Below, piece after piece: positions 1 through 6,861 of a stretch of DNA of 64,000 nucleotides (the first letter of the stretch is position 1; every line of letters begins with the position of its first letter). The notes beneath the pieces were generated by a model. It did not search any database and was not told the origin of the DNA. It saw nothing but the letters and a program-made list of their open reading frames with translations. The stretch lies in NCBI GenBank assembly GCA_035443185.1, contig DAORRV010000001.1, forward strand, positions 42,191 through 106,190, in the 5' to 3' direction. The translations under genes were made by a program, and so were the position numbers. This DNA comes from Ignavibacteria bacterium (GTDB lineage Bacteria; Bacteroidota; Ignavibacteria; Tepidaquicellales; Tepidaquicellaceae).

Positions 1-1
1 C

Positions 2-412
2 AGTGATGAAGCATTGCTTGCTACACTTGCAATTTTGATCTGGCATTTTTATAATGTACATTTTAATCCTGATAAATTTCCGGGAAGCAAGGTTTGGTTC
101 AGCGGAAAAATGACTAGAAAAGAAATGGAGGAAGAACATCCACTGGAACTTGAGGAAATTGAAAACAGACTGAATAAAAAAGAAATGAATATTGAGAAAG
201 ACGGAACTGTAGTGAGTGAAACAGAACAAACTGAAGTAGATACAAAAGTTTCAGATGTAATTAAGCCTGACACAAAACCGGACAATGTTTCAAATGATAT
301 ATCAGATCAGAAAAACAATATAACTGACAGCAGCGATGGTAACGCAAAAAGTAATGACAAAACATCCGGGACCAAAGATCCAGATAATGAAAAAAGTAAT
401 AAAGTTAAATAA
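2..412 (+). CDS. C-terminal fragment of a membrane b-type cytochrome subunit (FdnI/HydC-like) with a long K/D/N/S-rich tail; the 5' end lies outside the window
   Basis: The frame is open from nt 2. The last hydrophobic helix '[15 protein letters not shown]' followed by '[13 protein letters not shown]' resembles the final His-bearing helix and 'G..s..wak.HHP' ending of formate dehydrogenase/hydrogenase gamma (cytochrome b) subunits. It lies directly upstream of the multihaem cytochrome genes. Confidence 0.4.
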   Translation, partial: SDEALLATLAILIWHFYNVHFNPDKFPGSKVWFSGKMTRKEMEEEHPLELEEIENRLNKKEMNIEKDGTVVSETEQTEVDTKVSDVIKPDTKPDNVSNDISDQKNNITDSSDGNAKSNDKTSGTKDPDNEKSNKVK

Positions 413-480
413 TTTTTTTAATCAAGTACTGAAAAATAAAATTTACTTTAAAATATTTTAAAAAATAAATCAATAAAAAA

Positions 481-1056
481 ATGAAAAAGATATCGTTCAT
501 TTTGTTGCTTACAGCAGTATTTGCTGTCATAGCAATTTTAATTAACATCGAAATTACAAAATCGCAGCCGCAGTCCCAGGCGAAGTATGTAGGAGTGACG
601 ACTTGCTTAGGCGCCTGTCATAAAAGCGAGAAACAGGGTAATCAGCTTGAAATCTGGAAAAATTCAAAACATTCCCAGGCATTCAAATCCCTTCAGACAC
701 CATTTGCTGACAGCATCGCAAATGCTAAAGGACATTCAACAGCAGCAGCAGAAACACCTGAATGCGTAGTATGTCATGTACTTGGAAGAGAAATGATGCC
801 GGAAGCATTAGAAGTCACGTTTGATAAAACAGAAGGTGTACAGTGCGAATCATGCCATGGACCCGGTTCTGAATACAAAAAACTTTCGATAATGAAAGAT
901 AAGCAGAAATCAATTGATGCTGGTCTTATTGTTCATACCGATGGTGAAAATTTTTGTACAAATTGTCATAATTCAAACTCTCCAACTTTCGTTGAGTTTA
1001 ATTATGCTGAAATGTGGGATAAAATAAAGCATCCAAAACCGGCAGGAGTAGAGTAA
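481..1056 (+). CDS. Periplasmic tetrahaem cytochrome c (c554-like family), paralog 1
   Basis: Has an N-terminal signal/anchor. Four haem motifs: CLGACH (a CX3CH), CVVCH, CESCH, CTNCH. Clearly paralogous to the next ORF. Confidence 0.85.
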   Translation: MKKISFILLLTAVFAVIAILINIEITKSQPQSQAKYVGVTTCLGACHKSEKQGNQLEIWKNSKHSQAFKSLQTPFADSIANAKGHSTAAAETPECVVCHVLGREMMPEALEVTFDKTEGVQCESCHGPGSEYKKLSIMKDKQKSIDAGLIVHTDGENFCTNCHNSNSPTFVEFNYAEMWDKIKHPKPAGVE

Positions 1057-1123
1057 ATTTTACTCTGACTTGTATTGGGTTTTTTATAAAAAATGGAAAT
1101 AGCTTTTCATTAATAAAATAGGT

Positions 1124-1717
1124 ATGCACAATATGAAGTATTTAATTTTGCTTATTATTCCGATGGTCATTCTGATAAATATTTTATCAGGATCAGAAAA
1201 CATATCAAAGGAAAAGTATAAGTATGTAGGAGTAAATTCATGTGTCAGCTCATGTCACAAATCTGAATCACAGGGAAATCAGGAAAAGATCTGGAGTGAA
1301 TCAAAACATTCAAAAGCTTTTGAAACGCTTCAGACAATTCGTGCTGACAGTATTGCATTATCAAAAGGCTTTAACACTCCTGCGGTTGAGACACCTGAAT
1401 GTGTAAAATGCCATACAACAGGAAGTATTACTGATGTAAGTGAGTTTCAGGAAACATTTGATATAACGCAGGGTGTGCAGTGTGAAAGTTGTCACGGACC
1501 CGGATCAGAATACAAATCTCTTTCAGTGATGAAAGATAAAGAGAGAGCATTTTCATTAGGTCTTATAATTCATAATGAAAAGGAAAAATTTTGTATTCAA
1601 TGTCACAACACGGAAAGCCCAACATATTTTCAATTTGATTATGAGCCGATGTGGGAAATGATTGCTCACCCGACACCAAAAAATATTGATTCTGAAAATG
1701 AATCAGAAACAGATTAA
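1124..1717 (+). CDS. Periplasmic tetrahaem cytochrome c (c554-like family), paralog 2
   Basis: Four haem motifs: CVSSCH (CX3CH), CVKCH, CESCH, CIQCH. Collinear with 481-1056 ('YVGV..C...CHKSE.QGNQ..IW..SKHS.AF..LQT..ADSIA', 'GVQCESCHGPGSEYK.LS.MKDK'). The start could instead be the ATG at 1133. Confidence 0.85.
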   Translation: MHNMKYLILLIIPMVILINILSGSENISKEKYKYVGVNSCVSSCHKSESQGNQEKIWSESKHSKAFETLQTIRADSIALSKGFNTPAVETPECVKCHTTGSITDVSEFQETFDITQGVQCESCHGPGSEYKSLSVMKDKERAFSLGLIIHNEKEKFCIQCHNTESPTYFQFDYEPMWEMIAHPTPKNIDSENESETD

Positions 1718-1738
1718 GAAAATGAACAGGAAAATATT

Positions 1739-3040
1739 ATGAAAACTTATTACGCTTTGAAACCGCTTATAATTTTAATGCTGTTGACATGTACTTTTTC
1801 TGTAAATGCTCAGTCTCTGAATTTAAGATTAAGTGCACAGGTTTACGGATGGCAGAGAGCAGACAGCATCGGCAGTACTAATAAAACCAGTCATCTCAGA
1901 AGTTATGAGAATATTCTAATGGAGGTCAGACAGGATAAATGGACTTTTAATACACTCATACAGACAGATGCTGATTTAATGAACCAGATCGGAAAAGGAT
2001 TTGATTACAGATTTTATAATCTTTACATAAAGGGAGCAAATTTATTTGATGTATTAGATATGAAAATCGGGAGACAGTATTTATTTTCGGGTGTAGAGTC
2101 TGGAGCAATGGACGGACTTTATCTGAAGCTGAAAGCAGGAGCAAATAAGGAATATCAGTTTACGGCATTCGGAGGATCGATCACTGAACAGGATTATGAA
2201 TTTACGGGATATGCGCCTTTTAGCGAGAACAGTATTTACGGGGGTAATTTTTCATATTATGGTTTAAGAGATTTTTTCGCAGGGGTTAGTTATGTGAATA
2301 AGCATAATAAACCTGAGCCATACTCAGCCATAAGATATGACACTTTATTTAATCCATATGAAACAACAATAAGTCTTGATTCACCTACAGATCAGCTAAT
2401 AGGTCTGGACATGAATTATACATATTTAAAGAAACATTTTTTCTTTGGAAAATTTTATTATGATTTTAATAACAGGAAAATTTACAGAGGTGAATTTAAC
2501 GCAACTGTAACGGCTTCAGATAATTTTAATGTCACAGGATTTTATACATACAATCAGCCACAGATAAGATACAATAGTATATTCAGTACATTTGATCAGT
2601 CTGAATTTCAGGAAGCCGGCGGGGGAGTGAATTATTCTTTCAGTAACGGTATCAATGCATATGCAAAAGTATCTGATGTGATCTATACTAATGATAATTC
2701 TGTAAAGGTGCAGGCAGGAATAAATAATCCGTCGTACGGACTTGCGTATGTTTATTATGGAGGATATAGTGGTGAATCTAATGGAGTCAACGGATATTAT
2801 TACAGGCAATTAATAGAAAAAATATTGTCGATGAATTTGAGTTTAAATTTTTCGAGTTATAAACTTGGAGAATATTCAACGGAATTTCAAAGTGCATTCA
2901 GCGGATCACTTGGATTGACATACAGACCAAACCTTCAGTTCAGTATAGATTTGCAGGGGCAATTGATCACCAATGAAATTTACAAAACAGACTCGAGATT
3001 TATAGTCGGAATTAATTACTGGTTGTTCACAAAATTTTAA
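1739..3040 (+). CDS. Outer-membrane beta-barrel protein (porin-like), candidate sheath of a porin-cytochrome conduit
   Basis: Signal peptide ('TFSVNA/QS'). Y/G/N-rich alternating beta-strand-like composition, no Cys and no haem motifs. C-terminal aromatic ending '...INYWLFTKF'. Only an 11-nt gap to the following 14-haem gene. Confidence 0.6.
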   Translation: MKTYYALKPLIILMLLTCTFSVNAQSLNLRLSAQVYGWQRADSIGSTNKTSHLRSYENILMEVRQDKWTFNTLIQTDADLMNQIGKGFDYRFYNLYIKGANLFDVLDMKIGRQYLFSGVESGAMDGLYLKLKAGANKEYQFTAFGGSITEQDYEFTGYAPFSENSIYGGNFSYYGLRDFFAGVSYVNKHNKPEPYSAIRYDTLFNPYETTISLDSPTDQLIGLDMNYTYLKKHFFFGKFYYDFNNRKIYRGEFNATVTASDNFNVTGFYTYNQPQIRYNSIFSTFDQSEFQEAGGGVNYSFSNGINAYAKVSDVIYTNDNSVKVQAGINNPSYGLAYVYYGGYSGESNGVNGYYYRQLIEKILSMNLSLNFSSYKLGEYSTEFQSAFSGSLGLTYRPNLQFSIDLQGQLITNEIYKTDSRFIVGINYWLFTKF

Positions 3041-3050
3041 ACAAAAGAAA

Positions 3051-4331
3051 ATGAAAACGAAATTTATAGTTTATTATATTTTATTTCTTACTGGGATAAT
3101 GATATTCCTGACAACGACAGCTTATCTGACAAATGAAGAGACTGAAGCAATGAAATTGAATGAAGTATTCAATATTTCAGCAGTAAAAAATACTAATGAA
3201 AATTCAACTAAATATGACAATAGTAAGCTGATAAAATTTAATCATGAACTTCATTCTCAGGGTGCCGAAATAAAATGTGCTGATTGTCATACAGCGGCAG
3301 TAAATTCTACTTCTGCCAAAGATAATTTAAATCCTACGAAAAAAAATTGTGAAGAATGCCATGATGTAAATGATGAGAAAGAATGTGGTCTTTGCCATTA
3401 TGATAATGTTTATAAAAAGCTCAGATCATCCGACAGTGAACTTTATTTTTCACATAAGGAGCATAATTCACAACAGCAATGTGTGGATTGCCATAAAGAT
3501 ATGGATAAGGTGAAATTTTCGAAAGAAAGTTCTCAGGTAATGCCGACAATGGAAAGCTGTTACAGTTGTCACAATAACAAGAAGGCAGCGAACGAATGTG
3601 AAGTATGTCACACTAACCTTACCAATCTCACGCCTAAGGATCATCTTCAGTCAAATTTTTTGAATGAACATACATCAAAGGTGGCATTTTCTGAAAAGAA
3701 TAATTGTATGATGTGTCACAGTGATAATTTCTGTCAGGCATGTCACAGTCCGCTAAAGTATTCTGGCAACAATACACCTGAAGATTTTTATGTGCCGTAT
3801 TATACAAAAGAAACAGGTACTAGAACAGACCGCGGAGCTTTGCAGAAGCTGACTACTGCTCACACATTAAACTATAAATTTACACACGGACTGGATGCAG
3901 ACAGCAAATCTTTTGAATGCAAGACCTGTCATAATCCGACTGATTTTTGTGCAAGTTGTCATTCAAATGGAGGTGATCTGATTACAGGAATTTCTCCTAA
4001 GAGTCATTCTCAACCAAACTTTACAACAGTAGGTGTAAATACTGGGGGAGGACTTCATTCAGATCTGGCAAAAAGGGATATAGAATCGTGTCAGTCTTGT
4101 CATGACGTTCAGGGAAGTGATCCGGTTTGTGTCCAATGTCACTTTGATAATGACGGAATAGAAGGGACAAATCCAAGGACACATCAAAGTGGATATCTTA
4201 ATGATGAGAAAGGAATTTGGCATGATACACAGGGAGCTGTTTGTTATACATGTCACACAGATCCGAATGCAAGACCGGATGGAGTAGCTGGAGTAGGATT
4301 TTGCGGATATTGTCACGGGATGGAAAGATGA
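3051..4331 (+). CDS. 14-haem c-type cytochrome (cytochrome c3-superfamily-like), N-terminal signal/anchor
   Basis: Fourteen CxxCH motifs counted in the translation (CADCH, CEECH, CGLCH, CVDCH, CYSCH, CEVCH, CMMCH, CQACH, CKTCH, CASCH, CQSCH, CVQCH, CYTCH, CGYCH), plus a hydrophobic N-terminus. Confidence 0.9.
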   Translation: MKTKFIVYYILFLTGIMIFLTTTAYLTNEETEAMKLNEVFNISAVKNTNENSTKYDNSKLIKFNHELHSQGAEIKCADCHTAAVNSTSAKDNLNPTKKNCEECHDVNDEKECGLCHYDNVYKKLRSSDSELYFSHKEHNSQQQCVDCHKDMDKVKFSKESSQVMPTMESCYSCHNNKKAANECEVCHTNLTNLTPKDHLQSNFLNEHTSKVAFSEKNNCMMCHSDNFCQACHSPLKYSGNNTPEDFYVPYYTKETGTRTDRGALQKLTTAHTLNYKFTHGLDADSKSFECKTCHNPTDFCASCHSNGGDLITGISPKSHSQPNFTTVGVNTGGGLHSDLAKRDIESCQSCHDVQGSDPVCVQCHFDNDGIEGTNPRTHQSGYLNDEKGIWHDTQGAVCYTCHTDPNARPDGVAGVGFCGYCHGMER

Positions 4332-4379
4332 ACACATTAAAAATTGAAAATATACCGGTACAATTTTAATTTTAAAAAT

Positions 4380-5255
4380 ATGAATAAGCTTAAAATATTT
4401 TATCTGGCTTTATTAACAGTATTATCTACGGCAATTATTTACAATGGCTGTAGTGAAGTTCAGAATGATCTTGTAACTTCTCCTGAGGTATATGTTCATC
4501 CACCCGGCTGGGCAGACGGAGATACACCGGATTTTCACGGCAATTTTATAAATGATAATAAGCAGTGGAATTTGCAGGTATGTCAGAGTTGTCATGGAAA
4601 TGATTATGCCGGTGGAAGTTCGGGTTCAAGCTGTCTGACCTGTCACACATCATCCGGCGGACCACAGAACTGTCGTCTGTGCCACGGTGGAGTTTCGGGA
4701 AGATCATATCCACCGAAGGCATTGAACGGAGAGACGAGTGTTTCATATATTGGAGTGGGAGTTCATTCATATCATATAGATTCTACACAGTATTCAGCAA
4801 GTGTAGAATGCAATGAATGTCATACTCCACTTACAAGCGGATTTAATTCACCCGATCATATAGGGAATTTCCCTGACGGAATAGCAGAAGTGAATTTCGG
4901 CTCATTGTCAAAGACACAGACTACATTTAAGGGAGGAGAGATAAATCCTGATCCTGTATGGGACAGGAATACGGCTACCTGTTCGGGATCGTATTGCCAT
5001 GGAAATTTCAGGGACGGAAATACAGAAGCAGTTCCGGTATGGACAGATAAAAACAGTGTAAAATGCGGGTCATGTCATGGAGATCCAGTAACTGGAAATC
5101 CAAATCCAATACCGAACGGAAATTTCTTTCACCCGCATTATCCGAGTTATACAATAAATATTTGCTATCAGTGTCATGGTTCGGTGATAGATCAGGCGGG
5201 TAGTATAATAAATAAGAGTAAGCATGTGAATGGAGTGGTGGATTATAATAATTAG
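4380..5255 (+). CDS. Lipoprotein multihaem cytochrome c (6 CxxCH + 1 CxxxxCH; Geobacter-type CxxxxCH...CxxCH domain)
   Basis: The ATG at 4380 gives 'MNKLKIFYLALLTVLSTAIIYNGC', a signal peptide with a lipobox Cys; the track start at 4344 is a TTG. Haem motifs: CQSCH, CLTCH, CRLCH, CNECH, CSGSYCH, CGSCH, CYQCH. Confidence 0.85.
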   Translation: MNKLKIFYLALLTVLSTAIIYNGCSEVQNDLVTSPEVYVHPPGWADGDTPDFHGNFINDNKQWNLQVCQSCHGNDYAGGSSGSSCLTCHTSSGGPQNCRLCHGGVSGRSYPPKALNGETSVSYIGVGVHSYHIDSTQYSASVECNECHTPLTSGFNSPDHIGNFPDGIAEVNFGSLSKTQTTFKGGEINPDPVWDRNTATCSGSYCHGNFRDGNTEAVPVWTDKNSVKCGSCHGDPVTGNPNPIPNGNFFHPHYPSYTINICYQCHGSVIDQAGSIINKSKHVNGVVDYNN

Positions 5256-5270
5256 TGGGTAGGTTTTGGT

Positions 5271-5290
5271 GAAACGGTTTTAACCGTTTA
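5271..5290. repeat. Palindromic element copy 1 (GAAACGGTTTTAACCGTTTA)
   Basis: Near-perfect copy of the 20-bp palindrome family, 16 nt after the cytochrome gene stop. Confidence 0.8.
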
Positions 5291-5460
5291 TTGTCGGGCG
5301 GTTTAAATTGTTGGTTAAAACAGACTTCTAAGTCAGATATGAATTTAAAAAATTAACTCCTCCGGTGAAATTTGAAATAGAATTTTAATTGTGAACTTTG
5401 CTAAAGAAGGTGGAGATGAATTTTGCTCAGAACGATATAACTGATGTGGTATATCCATCT

Positions 5461-5480
5461 GAAACGGTTTAAACCGTTTC
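5461..5480. repeat. Palindromic element copy 2 (GAAACGGTTTAAACCGTTTC, perfect palindrome)
   Basis: Read directly from the sequence; it is its own reverse complement. Confidence 0.85.
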
Positions 5481-5646
5481 TGCCGAATGTAATCGAAGTG
5501 AACGGAAAAATAAATTTTATACCGAAACTAAAACACAGTGCCTAATTCCGAATCCATTTTCCCTTCAATTCGAATTGAAAGCTGTAGTGAACTTGATTTA
5601 CCAAAACTAAATTTAACTAAAAAAAACAAGTTCGACATTTCTGACA

Positions 5647-5666
5647 GAAACGGTTTAAACCGTTTC
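5647..5666. repeat. Palindromic element copy 3 (GAAACGGTTTAAACCGTTTC), with extended flanking complementarity (ctgac...gtcag)
   Basis: Identical to copy 2. The flanks 'ctgaca' and 'taccgtcag' extend the stem. Confidence 0.85.
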
Positions 5667-5955
5667 TACCGTCAGCCTCTCATGTGAAATTTCCAATACC
5701 TCCATAGCAATCTCACTTGAATTTGCTTCCAGTACAAGTCCCGAATAATTCACCGGAAATGAATTCCGTACCTTTCATTTTACTACCGGTGAATGTTCAT
5801 CATTCAATAATTTTATAGTCAGATCTCTTCCCTCAAATTTGAACCTTCCTGTGAAGATTATATCAATAGTTATTTTAAGTCCGGAAACCCCGTGAAGTCC
5901 GTCAAAAATAATTACACTAACTCTGAATTTTTATTTTGCTTGTGTTGAATTTTTT

Positions 5956-6753
5956 TTAATCAGCAGTAAGTTCAGGTCTGAATTCAAAATGCATTGTGTC
6001 ATAATGATACCATTTACCTCCCCAGATGAATCCGTATTTTTCAAATACTTCCGCTATTTCAATCGGTATCCTGTTCACATAAGTTACATTTTTATTCCAT
6101 TTCCAGTAATCTGAATACATTGTGTTGATATCTATTGCAGTCCCGAATGAATGATTACTCAGCCTGTCTGTACCAGCTATATTTCTCCATACAAAAGTAC
6201 CACCGATATTTTTTAAGTATTTATGAAATTCACCCGGAAGCTGAGACAATTCTTCAGCAACTTTTTCCAGACTGTCTGCTGCTCCGTTCACATTGCTGAA
6301 ACTTATCTGTGAACCATCCACCCAGGTTACATTTACTATCTCACTGCTTACTTCATTGGAATTATTCCCATACATTTTCAAAAAAAACGGCTCATATCTT
6401 ATTCTTCCCGGTTCGAAATTTTCCGGAGGAGGTTCATTCCAGTTGCGTCCTTTTGTATATTTTTGTGACATCATATCCTCAAGATCAGAATCATTCAACA
6501 TTTCATCATGAGTCTTGTCTTCAATACCATCGTCATAGATCATTACAGTTCCATCTTTCCAGTAAAGATTATTCTCATCGGCTTTTTCAAGAAATTCGGG
6601 GTAAGCATTTACTAATTTTTGAAGACCATCTGGTATTGAAAGTACTTTTTCAGTGCTGTCTTTTTGTTTGATATGCTCTTCTGTATTACCGCAGCTGTTT
6701 TGATAAGCTGAGATAAAAAATAAAAAAGCCTGTATGTATAAAATTAATTTCAT
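5956..6753 (-). CDS. M15 family zinc metallopeptidase (D-Ala-D-Ala carboxypeptidase/VanY-like), secreted
   Basis: Signal peptide. 'SNHSFGTAIDIN' (H-x6-D) and 'WGGKWYHYDTMHFEF' match the M15 zinc-ligand motifs. Confidence 0.8.
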   Translation of the reverse strand: MKLILYIQAFLFFISAYQNSCGNTEEHIKQKDSTEKVLSIPDGLQKLVNAYPEFLEKADENNLYWKDGTVMIYDDGIEDKTHDEMLNDSDLEDMMSQKYTKGRNWNEPPPENFEPGRIRYEPFFLKMYGNNSNEVSSEIVNVTWVDGSQISFSNVNGAADSLEKVAEELSQLPGEFHKYLKNIGGTFVWRNIAGTDRLSNHSFGTAIDINTMYSDYWKWNKNVTYVNRIPIEIAEVFEKYGFIWGGKWYHYDTMHFEFRPELTAD

Positions 6754-6793
6754 TATTAGAATTGGGTTCAGAATTTTATTTGATCGTTTTTGT

Positions 6794-6843
6794 AAAATAA
6801 AAAACCGGAACTACAATTAACAGAGAATTGAAATTCCGGTTTG
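6794..6843 (-). terminator. Rho-independent terminator candidate after ccmF
   Basis: Minus-strand hairpin AACCGGAA/TTCCGGTT (plus coordinates 6803-6810 and 6835-6842) followed by a T-run. The loop is long (about 24 nt), so confidence is moderate. Confidence 0.5.
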
Positions 6844-6861
6844 AATAAAAATTTTTATTAT

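Noticed and set aside
4344-4379. Track start (TTG at 4344) for the lipoprotein cytochrome
   Set aside because: The 12-residue extension 'MKIYRYNFNFKN' precedes a much better ATG-initiated lipoprotein signal peptide at 4380.
5271-5666. Regularly spaced palindromic repeats, considered as a possible CRISPR array
   Set aside because: There are only three copies. The repeats are 20 bp and spaced about 190 bp apart, whereas CRISPR arrays have 28-37 bp repeats and 30-40 bp spacers. No cas genes are present, and further copies occur singly elsewhere. A REP-like dispersed palindrome fits better.
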